From the NCBI GenBank assembly GCA_029567195.1, contig JAKQLJ010000020.1:3971-67970 (forward strand): a DNA stretch of 64,000 nucleotides, read 5' to 3'. Shown here one piece after another: positions 20,361-30,128 of the stretch (position 1 is its first letter; every line of letters starts with the position of its first letter). The translations under genes were made by a program, and so were the position numbers. The notes below the pieces were generated by a model. That model saw nothing but the letters and a program-made list of their open reading frames with translations, was not told where the DNA came from and searched no databases. This DNA is from a bacterium. GTDB lineage: Bacteria; Patescibacteriota; Minisyncoccia; Moranbacterales; UBA2206.

Positions 20361-21520
20361 TGAAAAAAATTCTTTTTTTAAACCACAATCAGGAAAATTT
20401 TGGCACTTATTATCGTTGCCTTTTTTTGGGGAAAAACCTGGCCAAGAGAGGGCACAGGATTACTATGCTCTGCGCTTCAGGTAAAAAGTTTGATCTTTTG
20501 GTGCGCCGAAAAAAGATAAGTGAAAATTTTACTATTATTACTTTACCCCGCATAAAATACCACGAATATTTTACCGGTCAGATTATTTTCCGCTTGCCGT
20601 TGGCTCTCTTTTTTGTTCTTTTTTCTCACTATGACATCTGCCATGCTTTTACCGTAGCCCAGCCGCAAATTGCTGTTCCGGCATGGGTGGCCAAAGTTAT
20701 TCGTCGGAAAAAACTGGTTATCGACTGGGATGATCTCTGGGGCGGAGGATTTGCGGAAGAGCATGGCGGAATTATTTCAAAGGTTCTTGGATTTTCCGAA
20801 AGATATTTTCTTCGCTTTGCTGACAGAATAACCTATGTATCTGAATTTATCGGAGAGCAAATCGAAAAAGTTAAGTTAAAAACGAAAAAAATAAAAATTC
20901 CCAACGGTTCAAACACGGAACAAATTTCTCCTTTAGAAAAAGGAAAAAGCCGTCAAAAATTGGGACTCAAAAACGAAGAAAATTATCTTGTTTCTATCGG
21001 CAATACTTATACTGATAGTCTTGGACTTATGCTTGAAGCTTTCCGGGAAACACTAAAAAAAGAAAAAGTCAAACTTATTATGGTAGGGGAAGGAAAAGTA
21101 ACGGGAAAATTCAAGAAGCTGTTTGACGAACTCAAGGAAAATATAATTGTTACTGGCAAAAGGCCCTTTGGCGAAGTGCCTCTTTATCTTTCCAGCGCCA
21201 ATGTCCTTCTTCTGCCGATGGATGATAACGGTATTGAAAAAGCGCGTTTTCCTATGCGGTTTGGCGATTATCTTTGTGCCAATCGACCGATAATTTCCAA
21301 TGCTGTGGGAGAGGTCGAATATTATATTAAAAAATATAATTGCGGCCTGGCTTCAAGCCCGGCTTCTTCCCAGGAATTTTCCCAAAATATTTCAAAGGCT
21401 TTGAATGACAGGAATTTATCTGATACAATTGGCTTAAATGCCAGGAAATTAGCCGAGGGGGATCTTAATTGGGATAACATCGGGGAAAAGCTGGAAAAAG
21501 AAGTGTATTTTAAAGTCTGA
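20360..21520 (+). CDS. GT4 glycosyltransferase
   Basis: DWDDLW and RFPMRFGDYL motifs; GT-B layout. Confidence 0.8.
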   Translation: MKKILFLNHNQENFGTYYRCLFLGKNLAKRGHRITMLCASGKKFDLLVRRKKISENFTIITLPRIKYHEYFTGQIIFRLPLALFFVLFSHYDICHAFTVAQPQIAVPAWVAKVIRRKKLVIDWDDLWGGGFAEEHGGIISKVLGFSERYFLRFADRITYVSEFIGEQIEKVKLKTKKIKIPNGSNTEQISPLEKGKSRQKLGLKNEENYLVSIGNTYTDSLGLMLEAFRETLKKEKVKLIMVGEGKVTGKFKKLFDELKENIIVTGKRPFGEVPLYLSSANVLLLPMDDNGIEKARFPMRFGDYLCANRPIISNAVGEVEYYIKKYNCGLASSPASSQEFSQNISKALNDRNLSDTIGLNARKLAEGDLNWDNIGEKLEKEVYFKV

Positions 21521-21543
21521 GGTATTTTTAATAAATTTTTATT

Positions 21544-23076
21544 ATGAAGATATTATTAGCCAATCCGCCTTATCGAGTTTCTCTTAATGAACGGGAGGAA
21601 CGATTTTTTATTCGTGCCGGATCACGTTGGCCTTTTTCTGTCACTAAGTGCAAAAACGAAAAATCTGAATATATGCCCTTTCCTTTTTATCTAGCTTACA
21701 CTGCCGCCATGCTGGAAAAGGAAAAGGAAAAGGAAGAGGGAATAGAGGTCTTTGTTGAAGATAGCATCGCTCTTAATGAAACGGAGGAAAAATTTCTGGA
21801 AAAAGTCAAAAAAATAAATCCGGATGTTGTTCTTTTTGAAACTTCGACCAACACCATTCGTCATGACATTGGGTTGGCCAAAAAAATCAAGGAGTTTAAT
21901 GGTAATGCCAAGATAGTTATGGCCGGTTTTCATGTAACAGCGCTTGCCAGGGAAACTTTTGATATTTCCGGCCAGGCTATTGATTTCCTGCTGCTTTCTG
22001 AATACGAATTCAATTTTTTAGAGCTTCTAAGAACTTTGAAGAGGGGCGGAGAATGCTCTGGTCTTGAAGGAATTGCTTTTAAAAAAGGGGATGAAATAAT
22101 AATCAATCCGGTAAAATCGCTTCTTGATATTTCCAAATTACCTTACCCTGCCAGACATTTTTTTCCTTCTAACGGAAACAACGATCTAAGTGTTTATTGG
22201 GACGGATTTTGCCAGACAAAGCCGGCAATTCAAATGCATGCTTCCCGCGGTTGTCCTTTTCGTTGTAATTTTTGCGTCTGGAATCAGATAATGTATCGGA
22301 ATGAAAAATACCGCCCTTTCCCGGTAAATTATATTTGCGACGAAATCGAATCAGTCATTAAAGAGTATGGAGCTCGGGAAATATATTTTGACGATGATAC
22401 CTTCACTGGAAACAAAGAACATGTTTTAGATTTTTGCCGGGAGATGATAAAAAGAGGCCTTCATAAAAAAGTTTTCTGGTCGGCTATGGCTGATTTTATG
22501 ATAACGGACGAAGAGATGATAAGGACCATGAAAAAATCCGGCTGCATCGGTTTGAAATTTGGAGTGGAAAGCGGAAATAAGGATATATTAAATCATATTG
22601 GAAAGCCAATTAATTTTAATAAATTAAAAATCAATACTAGTCTTTGCGCCAAGCTGCGCATCAAGACTCATGGCACCTTTACTTTCGGCCTTTCCAGGGA
22701 AACTAGGAAAACCATGGCCGAAACTTTAAATCTTGCCAAATCTATAGATTGTGATAGTGTTCAGTTTAGTATAACCACTCCTTTTCCGGGAACAAGATAT
22801 TATGAGGAATTGAAAAAAGAAGGAAGACTTTTGTCGGAAAAATGGGAAGATTTTGACGGCAACAATAATTGTGTTGTCAAATTCGATGATTTTAACAGTG
22901 AATTCATAGTTGATTTTTATAAAAAAGCCACTGGCCGGTGGTTGAGACACAAATTAAAGCAGCCTCGATGGTTTTGGCGGCAGCTTTATTATCTTAACCG
23001 TTCCCGGTCATGGCAGGGCAACAGTTTTATTTTTAAGCGAATGAGGAGGGCGCTGATTTTGGTTTTAAGCAGATAA
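21544..23076 (+). CDS. B12-binding-domain radical SAM protein (class B / HpnJ-like)
   Basis: SRGCPFRCNFC, FDDDTF, FGVESG and TPFPGT motifs. Confidence 0.85.
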   Translation: MKILLANPPYRVSLNEREERFFIRAGSRWPFSVTKCKNEKSEYMPFPFYLAYTAAMLEKEKEKEEGIEVFVEDSIALNETEEKFLEKVKKINPDVVLFETSTNTIRHDIGLAKKIKEFNGNAKIVMAGFHVTALARETFDISGQAIDFLLLSEYEFNFLELLRTLKRGGECSGLEGIAFKKGDEIIINPVKSLLDISKLPYPARHFFPSNGNNDLSVYWDGFCQTKPAIQMHASRGCPFRCNFCVWNQIMYRNEKYRPFPVNYICDEIESVIKEYGAREIYFDDDTFTGNKEHVLDFCREMIKRGLHKKVFWSAMADFMITDEEMIRTMKKSGCIGLKFGVESGNKDILNHIGKPINFNKLKINTSLCAKLRIKTHGTFTFGLSRETRKTMAETLNLAKSIDCDSVQFSITTPFPGTRYYEELKKEGRLLSEKWEDFDGNNNCVVKFDDFNSEFIVDFYKKATGRWLRHKLKQPRWFWRQLYYLNRSRSWQGNSFIFKRMRRALILVLSR

Positions 23077-23087
23077 GGAAATAAAAA

Positions 23088-24269
23088 ATGGCAGAAATAA
23101 AAATAAAGCTGATGAAATCGGCTTTTTACAACGAAAAAGAAACCAAGGAGAAGCTGGCCAAATTTGTAATGGAAGCTTCTTTTTTCAGCATGGGCGAACA
23201 ATGTCGAAAGTTTGAGAATGATTTTGCCAAAAAACAAGGTAGAAAATTTGCCGTTTTTCTGACCAGCGGATCAAGTGCCAACCTTGTGCTTATTCAGGGA
23301 TTGCTCAATCTGGGACGGCTCAAGAAAGGCGACAAGGTGGGGTTTTCAGCTCTAACCTGGTCAACTAATGTTATGCCTTTAATTCAGCTGGGACTTATTC
23401 CAGTTCCCTTGGATTGCAGCCTGAAAACGCTTAATGTTTCTCCGGCAGAAGTGGAAAAGAAAGCGGATGATATCAAAGGAATTTTTCTTACTAATACACT
23501 GGGTTTTTCTGATGATATAGAAAAAATCAAGGAAATCTGTCAGAAAAAAAATATTGTTTTTCTGGAAGACAATTGCGAATCGATGGGTTCGGAAGTGAAT
23601 GGAGTGAAGCTGGGAAATTTTTCCTTAGCCTCCACCTTTTCTTTTTTTATCGGTCATCACATGTCCACTATTGAAGGCGGAATGATCCTGACGGACGATT
23701 CAGAACTTTATAATATGCTGCTTATGACCAGGATTCATGGCTGGGATCGGAATTTGCCAGAAGAAGAAAAAAAAAGAATGAGGACCCTTCACGGAATAGA
23801 TGATTTTTATAGCAAATACGCTTTTTATGATTTGGCTTATAATGCCCGGCCGACTGAAATCAATGGCTTTTTGGGAAATTCCCAGCTTCCTTATTGGGAC
23901 GAGATAGTTTTTAAACGCGAAGGCAATTTCAAACTTTTCCAATATGTAGCCAGAAAGAATGACGATTTGTTTTTACTGGATTTTCCTCATATGAACATTA
24001 TTTCTAATTTTGCTTATCCGGTTATTGCTAAAGATAAGGGGAAAGCGGATTTTTATAAACGAAAAATGGAAGAAGCGGGAGTGGAAATAAGGCCGATTAT
24101 CGCCGGAGATATAACCAAGCAGCCTTTTTTCAAGAAATATGTTTCAGAAACGACAACTTGTCCTAATGCTGATTTTATTCATAGTAACGGCTTTTATTTT
24201 GGCAATAATCCGGAAATGAATCAGGGGGAACTGGAAATTTTATGTAACGCGTTGGAAAAGAAACAATAA
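23088..24269 (+). CDS. DegT-family PLP enzyme of the ColD type (GDP-4-keto-6-deoxymannose 3-dehydratase-like)
   Basis: SGSSANL and EDNCES motifs; SFFIGHHMSTIEGG has His where aminotransferases have the Schiff-base Lys. Confidence 0.75.
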   Translation: MAEIKIKLMKSAFYNEKETKEKLAKFVMEASFFSMGEQCRKFENDFAKKQGRKFAVFLTSGSSANLVLIQGLLNLGRLKKGDKVGFSALTWSTNVMPLIQLGLIPVPLDCSLKTLNVSPAEVEKKADDIKGIFLTNTLGFSDDIEKIKEICQKKNIVFLEDNCESMGSEVNGVKLGNFSLASTFSFFIGHHMSTIEGGMILTDDSELYNMLLMTRIHGWDRNLPEEEKKRMRTLHGIDDFYSKYAFYDLAYNARPTEINGFLGNSQLPYWDEIVFKREGNFKLFQYVARKNDDLFLLDFPHMNIISNFAYPVIAKDKGKADFYKRKMEEAGVEIRPIIAGDITKQPFFKKYVSETTTCPNADFIHSNGFYFGNNPEMNQGELEILCNALEKKQ

Positions 24270-24301
24270 AAAAATAACTAATACTAATTCGAACACCGAC
24301 T

Positions 24302-25663
24302 ATGTTAAAAAACGAGAAAAAAACCGAAAAGATAATCCTGTTATTTTTATCTTTGCTTTTGTTTTTTCTGATCTTGATTACGCCCCGGGTCATAGGCGAA
24401 GGCGGTTCCATAAGATTAGATCGCGGATCGGCCATTTCCCTTTTTATGGCTATTGAACTTGGCGCGTTTATTTATATAATTTACGCCTACTTGGTTTTAG
24501 ATAAGAATGTTTCTTCTGTTTTTCAGGAAAAAAAAGAAAACATGGAATATTCCAACTTTAACATTTCTCTTCAGGCTGATGAAAAGGAATTGGGAGAAAA
24601 AAAAGAAGAAAGAAAACAAAATAAAAAAAAGGCTTTGATTACCGGAATAACCGGACAAGACGGATCATACTTGGCAGAGCTGCTTTTGGAAAAGGGCTAT
24701 GAAGTTCACGGGATTGTCCGGAGAGTGAGCACATTTAACCGCCAAAGAATTGAACATCTTTTCATTGATCCGCATGTAGACAAATTTGACATCCATCTTC
24801 ATTATGGCGATCTGACTGATAGCGATTCTTTGCGCCATATCATTAATAAGATAAAACCGGATGAGATTTATCATCTGGGCGCGCAAAGTCATGTCCGGAT
24901 CAGTTTTGATATATCTGAATTTACCGGCAATACTACCGGACTGGGAACATTGAGGATACTGGAAGCTATCAGGGACTCGGGTTATCCGATAAAATTCTAT
25001 CAAGCTTCCAGCAGCGAGATGTTCGGTAAAGTCAAAGAAACTCCCCAAACGGAAACGACGCCATTTTATCCGCGCTCCCCTTATGCCTGTGCCAAAGTTT
25101 ATGCTTACTGGCTCACAGTTAACTATCGGGAAAGTTATGGCATTTTTGCTTGCAACGGAATTTTATTTAATCACGAATCGGAAAGAAGGGGGGAAAATTT
25201 TGTCACTCGAAAAATTACTATTGGTTTGGCCGGGATAAAGGCGGGAAAGCTCCAGAAGCTTTATCTTGGCAATCTGGACGCCAAGAGGGACTGGGGCTAT
25301 GCCAAGGATTATGTTGAAGGAATGTGGAGGATGTTACAACAAGAAAAGCCGAGCGATTATATTTTAGCTACCGGGGAAACTCACAGTGTCCGGGAGTTTG
25401 TCGAAGAAGCGGCAAAGCACGCCGGAATGGAGATTGAATGGCAAGGAGAAGGGTTGGAAGAAAAAGGAATAGACAAAAAAAGCGGAAAAGCGGTTATTGA
25501 AATTGACCCGCGTTATTTCCGGCCGGCAGAAGTCGATCTTCTGATTGGCAACCCGGAAAAATCCAAGAGGGAGTTGGGCTGGGAAGCCAGGACAAAATTT
25601 GCCGATCTTGCTAGAATTATGATGGAGCATGATTTGAAAAATATTAATAAAATTTTTCCCTAA
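24302..25663 (+). CDS. gmd: GDP-mannose 4,6-dehydratase with an N-terminal two-TM extension
   Basis: [29 protein letters not shown] and [11 protein letters not shown] motifs; about 105 extra N-terminal residues. Confidence 0.9.
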   Translation: MLKNEKKTEKIILLFLSLLLFFLILITPRVIGEGGSIRLDRGSAISLFMAIELGAFIYIIYAYLVLDKNVSSVFQEKKENMEYSNFNISLQADEKELGEKKEERKQNKKKALITGITGQDGSYLAELLLEKGYEVHGIVRRVSTFNRQRIEHLFIDPHVDKFDIHLHYGDLTDSDSLRHIINKIKPDEIYHLGAQSHVRISFDISEFTGNTTGLGTLRILEAIRDSGYPIKFYQASSSEMFGKVKETPQTETTPFYPRSPYACAKVYAYWLTVNYRESYGIFACNGILFNHESERRGENFVTRKITIGLAGIKAGKLQKLYLGNLDAKRDWGYAKDYVEGMWRMLQQEKPSDYILATGETHSVREFVEEAAKHAGMEIEWQGEGLEEKGIDKKSGKAVIEIDPRYFRPAEVDLLIGNPEKSKRELGWEARTKFADLARIMMEHDLKNINKIFP

Positions 25664-25665
25664 AA

Positions 25666-26610
25666 ATGAGCAAAATAAAAAAAAGAATATTGGTTACTGG
25701 CGGGACGGGATTTTTGGGAAAAAACCTTGTTCCAAAACTGGCTCAAAAATTTGAGTCGGTAACCGTTATTGCTCAGGAAAGGGAAAGGAATATCTTTTCT
25801 GGTTTGGATAATGTTCGAATATTGATTGGAGACATAAAAAATGAGGGATTTTTGCAGAGAGCCTTAAAGAAAAAAGATATTTGTTTTCATTTGGCATCTT
25901 TTAAAAGGAATTTTAAATATCACACGGAAAACCCGGGGAAAGTTTTTTGGGAAAACGAGGAGATTTCCCATTCTTTTTTTAAAAGCGTTTTTGAAAGTAG
26001 CTTAAAAAATCTGATAGTTATGGGATCAGCGGCTGTATATGCGCCAAAAGATTCTTTTATTTCGGAATCTGATCCGCTTAATCTCGAAAGCCAGGATGCT
26101 TATGCTCTTTCCAAGATATCGGCTGAAAATGGCGCGCGCGTCCTTTCTTATTCTCGTCCTGATATGTCCATTGTTCTTGTCCGGTCGGATAATTTTTATG
26201 GAGAAAAAGATAATTTTGGTCCGGAAGCCCAAGTCTTGCCTTCTCTTATTCGGAAATCAATCGAAGACGAGGAAATTGTTGTCTGGGGAAGCGGAAGACA
26301 GAAAAGAACCTTTATTTTCGTGGAAGATGTTTGTGACGCTCTGATCAGGTTGGGAAAACTAAAAAAAGGATTTTATGTTTTTAATATCAGCACCGGCGAA
26401 AAAACCGACTTTAAAAAAATTATTAAAATAATTAAAAAAATTGTAAAAGGCAACAAGAAAGTTATTTTTGATACTTCCAAACCGGAAGGTGCCAGTTGTC
26501 GTTTGGTTTCGGCCGAAAAAATCAAAAAGGAATTAAAATGGAAGCCGAAATATAATTTGGAAAAAGGATTGGAAAAAGCTATAAGATATTATTTAGAAAA
26601 TAAAAATTGA
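25666..26610 (+). CDS. GDP-fucose synthase / ColC-like SDR reductase
   Basis: GGTGFLG, YALSK, NFYG.KDNF, VWGSG and FDTSKPEG motifs; follows gmd. Confidence 0.7.
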   Translation: MSKIKKRILVTGGTGFLGKNLVPKLAQKFESVTVIAQERERNIFSGLDNVRILIGDIKNEGFLQRALKKKDICFHLASFKRNFKYHTENPGKVFWENEEISHSFFKSVFESSLKNLIVMGSAAVYAPKDSFISESDPLNLESQDAYALSKISAENGARVLSYSRPDMSIVLVRSDNFYGEKDNFGPEAQVLPSLIRKSIEDEEIVVWGSGRQKRTFIFVEDVCDALIRLGKLKKGFYVFNISTGEKTDFKKIIKIIKKIVKGNKKVIFDTSKPEGASCRLVSAEKIKKELKWKPKYNLEKGLEKAIRYYLENKN

Positions 26611-26618
26611 CAAAGATA

Positions 26619-27770
26619 ATGCGTGTAGGTATTTTAATCAATTCTATCGAAGTCTTTGGTGGAATTGGAAAAATTGCAATTGAAGAAGTAAAAAATTTGA
26701 GAAAGCTGGGCGTGGATGCTGAGCTTTTAGTTTTTTCTGACTGGGGGAAGGAGAATAAGTATGAGGAAATTTCCTGCGATATTCCGATAGTGAGGTTGCC
26801 ACAAAGATTGCCCAAGAGTCTTAGGATTAACAGAAAAGTTCCTTTTTTTACCGTTTGGAATTTTTGCCATCTTTTTTATCCGCTTTATCTTCCCTTTTAT
26901 ATAAAAAAGGGAGAATGGGATCTAGTCATCAACCATGAGTCATATCTGACTTTTTTTCTTCTTCGTCTGAAACGGAAAAAAATAAAATATATCCAGTTTA
27001 TTTGGGATCCGATTTCGTATATAATCAAGAGGGTGTATACCAAGGGGATTTTAAATTACTTAAATCGAACACTATATCGTATCGGATTATGGCTTGATCA
27101 TCTTTTTATTCGCAAGTCGGAAATGGTATTGACCGGCGGTCAGGCGCACGAAGAATTTATAAAAAAAACAGGAAAGAAATATAAAATACTTTACCCTTCC
27201 GTTTATCCCCAGGAAAAAATAAATGAAAATAGGGAAAAATTCGTTTTTATGATGACGGCATGGAAACAAGGAAAAAATCCAGAGTATGTCTTGGAGCTTT
27301 TGGAAAAAATGCCGGAACTCAGGATAAAAATGGGTGGATTATGGCTGGATAAAAATTATGAAAAAAGCTTTCGGTCATTGGTAAGGGAGAAAAAATTGGA
27401 AGAGAGAATAGAAGTTCTGGGCAGCATCAGCGAAAGGGATCTGAATAACTATTTATCCCGGGCAACGGTTTTGTTGCAAACCAATGATGATAGGGGGTTT
27501 GGCATGCCGGCCTTAGAGACGGCGGCTTGTGGCTGTTCGTTTATTATTCCCGAGGGACAGGGCGTATGTAATCTTTTTTCCAACGAGAAAGAAGGATTTT
27601 TTACCAGGGAAAAAGATACGGAAAGGATAATTTCGCTTCTTGGCCGGTTCTTGTCTGATCAGGTTTTTGCCCGGCAGATGGGAAAAGCGGCATGGGAAAG
27701 GGTAAAAAATAATTACTCATGGCGAATTCATGCCCAGGAAATAATTAATTTGGCCAGGGGTTTAAAATAA
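26619..27770 (+). CDS. GT4 glycosyltransferase
   Basis: GFGMPALETAACG motif. The ATG at 26619 is preferred over the TTG at 26607. Confidence 0.8.
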   Translation: MRVGILINSIEVFGGIGKIAIEEVKNLRKLGVDAELLVFSDWGKENKYEEISCDIPIVRLPQRLPKSLRINRKVPFFTVWNFCHLFYPLYLPFYIKKGEWDLVINHESYLTFFLLRLKRKKIKYIQFIWDPISYIIKRVYTKGILNYLNRTLYRIGLWLDHLFIRKSEMVLTGGQAHEEFIKKTGKKYKILYPSVYPQEKINENREKFVFMMTAWKQGKNPEYVLELLEKMPELRIKMGGLWLDKNYEKSFRSLVREKKLEERIEVLGSISERDLNNYLSRATVLLQTNDDRGFGMPALETAACGCSFIIPEGQGVCNLFSNEKEGFFTREKDTERIISLLGRFLSDQVFARQMGKAAWERVKNNYSWRIHAQEIINLARGLK

Positions 27771-27823
27771 TCCAGTAATAAATCTGGTCTTTGATTTTCT
27801 GTTTCAATTTTTAAATTTAATTT

Positions 27824-28960
27824 ATGCCTTCCGCTAAAAAAATAATAAAAATAGCTCTTTCTAATCCGCAATCGGCCCTTCTTCAGGGATTTCATAAATT
27901 ACGAAGAAAAAGCCGGCTGGAATATAATCTGAAAAGCGGTTGGAGTCTGTGTCCTGATTTCATCACCTTTCTTATAACTAAAAGATGCAACTATCGCTGC
28001 TATCGTTGCAGTGCTCATGCGCCGGAAGAAATGAAGGAGCAACTGGCGGCCGAAATGACAACAGATGATTATAAAAGAATAATTGACGAAGTGGCGCCTT
28101 ATAAGCCGGCTATTTATTTTTGCGGTGGAGAGCCAACGTTGCGGGACGATCTTGTAGAAATAATAAAATATATTAAAAAGAAAAAGATGCTTTGCGCCAT
28201 GACTACCAACGCCAGCCTTCTGGAGGAAAAATTAGCGAAAGACTTGGTGGAGTCGGGAATTGATTTTATCTCTATTTCTCTTGATGGTGACGAGGCTGCT
28301 CATGATAGGTCTCGGGGGATTCCAGGCGCTTATAAAAATGTTCTAAGGGGAGTCCGGAATTTACAAAAATATCGGGGCAAAAAATCCCGGCCGCACATAA
28401 AGCTGGTGGGCATTATCGATCCGGAAAACCCCATAGTTTCCCGCCATGTGCTTGAAATGGCCAAGAGTCTGGGAGTAGACGAGGCTAATTTCGGGCACCT
28501 GATGTTTTATCCAAAAAATGTTAAAATTGATCAGGAGGAATTTGCAGCTAAATATAAAATCGGATCGGATTATATAACCGGAATGGAAGCGGAAAAAGAT
28601 TTCCAATCTGACATAAGCGGGCTCAAAAAAATGATCCGGGAAATAAGAAAATTTGAGGGTGTCCATACGAGCATTGCCCAGGGATTTGAAATCGACGTAG
28701 AAAAATATTACGCCTCTCCTTATCAATATCCGAGCTTGAAATCCGAGTGTATGACGCCCTGGTTTTCCGCCATAATCCGGCCTGACGGGAATGTTTCATC
28801 TTGTATGGAATTTGATGTTGGAAACATCAAAGAGAGAAAATTTCTTAAAATTTGGAATGATCCAAAATGGAAACTGTTTCGCCGGTTAAAATCCAGAAAA
28901 AAAGAGCATATTCCGGCCTGTTTTCGTTGCGGAGAGGGGCAGAAAATAAAATTTGATTAA
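27824..28960 (+). CDS. Radical SAM protein with a SPASM/Twitch domain
   Basis: CNYRCYRC, GGEP and ISLDG motifs; C-terminal CMTPW...GNVSSC...CFRC. Confidence 0.85.
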   Translation: MPSAKKIIKIALSNPQSALLQGFHKLRRKSRLEYNLKSGWSLCPDFITFLITKRCNYRCYRCSAHAPEEMKEQLAAEMTTDDYKRIIDEVAPYKPAIYFCGGEPTLRDDLVEIIKYIKKKKMLCAMTTNASLLEEKLAKDLVESGIDFISISLDGDEAAHDRSRGIPGAYKNVLRGVRNLQKYRGKKSRPHIKLVGIIDPENPIVSRHVLEMAKSLGVDEANFGHLMFYPKNVKIDQEEFAAKYKIGSDYITGMEAEKDFQSDISGLKKMIREIRKFEGVHTSIAQGFEIDVEKYYASPYQYPSLKSECMTPWFSAIIRPDGNVSSCMEFDVGNIKERKFLKIWNDPKWKLFRRLKSRKKEHIPACFRCGEGQKIKFD

Positions 28961-28961
28961 A

Positions 28962-30125
28962 ATGAAAAATGTATTATTTTTTAATCTAAATAGGATCACC
29001 TATCAAGGCGGCGCGGAGAGTTATATAATAGATATAGGCAATAAGCTTCTGGAATCAGGAAGGCCGGTAGTATATATTGGAGATTTTCGGATTATTTTAA
29101 AATTGTTCGTTATTATTGGATTTTTGCTTCGAAATATTTCTTTTTCTAAGTGTAAAAAAATTATAAAGGAAATAAATCATTATCCGGTAACAGATGAAAA
29201 TAAAATAAAATTTTCAATCAGCTCCATAACGGTTAAGTTTATTTGCCCCTTTTCCCTTCAGAGAAGAAAGATAAAAAGTTTAGTGAAAGAATCCGCCACT
29301 ATTTTTGTTAAAAATGAATTTATTGATATGATGTTTTTTTGGCTTTTTATGCCCAAGCCGGAAAAAAAATATGCCATTATTTTCACATCAATAAAATATC
29401 CGGAAACAAAAACCTTTCGGGCCAAAATTCACAATTTATTTTATCTGGGAAGCATCTATAAGTTTTTTTTAAAGAGATATGACGGATTGATTGTGTCCAA
29501 TATGGCTGATTATGATTTATTAATTTCTCATTTCAAAATAAACAAGGAAAAAATTATTTATATTCCCTATGGCCTTGATTTCGATGAATTCAGGAAGAAA
29601 AAAATTGATTTTGATATTTCCGGACTAAAAGAAGAAAAAAGAAAAATCCTTTTTGTCGGCCGGCTAGAAGAGCAAAAAGGAATAGAGGATTTGATAAAAA
29701 TAATTTCCAAGGCTAATAAATCCGAAAATAATTACCAATTTATAATTATAGGAGACGGACCGTTAAAAGAAAAAATAGAAAAATTATCAAGGGAGCAAGA
29801 AAATGTTATTTATCTGGGGGCGAAGCAGCACGGCGAAGTTCTGGGAATTTATGAAAAAGCAGATATAATTGTTGTTCTTTCTCGCTGGGAAACGTTTTGC
29901 TATGTGGCGCTGGAGGCTCAATTAAGTGGCAAGCCGGTTTTGGCCTATGACGTTTCCGGTCCCAACGAAATTATACTAGACGGAGTTTCCGGAAAAATAA
30001 TAAAAGGTGACTGGAAAGAAATGCTAAAAAATTTAGACGTTGATTATAATTTTGATAAAAATTATTTTGCCTATAAATTTTCGCAGGACAGAGTTCTGGA
30101 GAAATACCGGGCCATTTTAAATTAA
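28962..30125 (+). CDS. GT4 glycosyltransferase
   Basis: FVGRLEEQKG and SRWETFCYVALEA motifs. Confidence 0.85.
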   Translation: MKNVLFFNLNRITYQGGAESYIIDIGNKLLESGRPVVYIGDFRIILKLFVIIGFLLRNISFSKCKKIIKEINHYPVTDENKIKFSISSITVKFICPFSLQRRKIKSLVKESATIFVKNEFIDMMFFWLFMPKPEKKYAIIFTSIKYPETKTFRAKIHNLFYLGSIYKFFLKRYDGLIVSNMADYDLLISHFKINKEKIIYIPYGLDFDEFRKKKIDFDISGLKEEKRKILFVGRLEEQKGIEDLIKIISKANKSENNYQFIIIGDGPLKEKIEKLSREQENVIYLGAKQHGEVLGIYEKADIIVVLSRWETFCYVALEAQLSGKPVLAYDVSGPNEIILDGVSGKIIKGDWKEMLKNLDVDYNFDKNYFAYKFSQDRVLEKYRAILN

Positions 30126-30128
30126 TAT

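Noticed and set aside
21713-21736. GGAAAA tandem hexamers (EKEKEKEE) as a phase-variation tract
   Set aside because: There are only about three copies and they preserve the frame; this is probably simple slippage.
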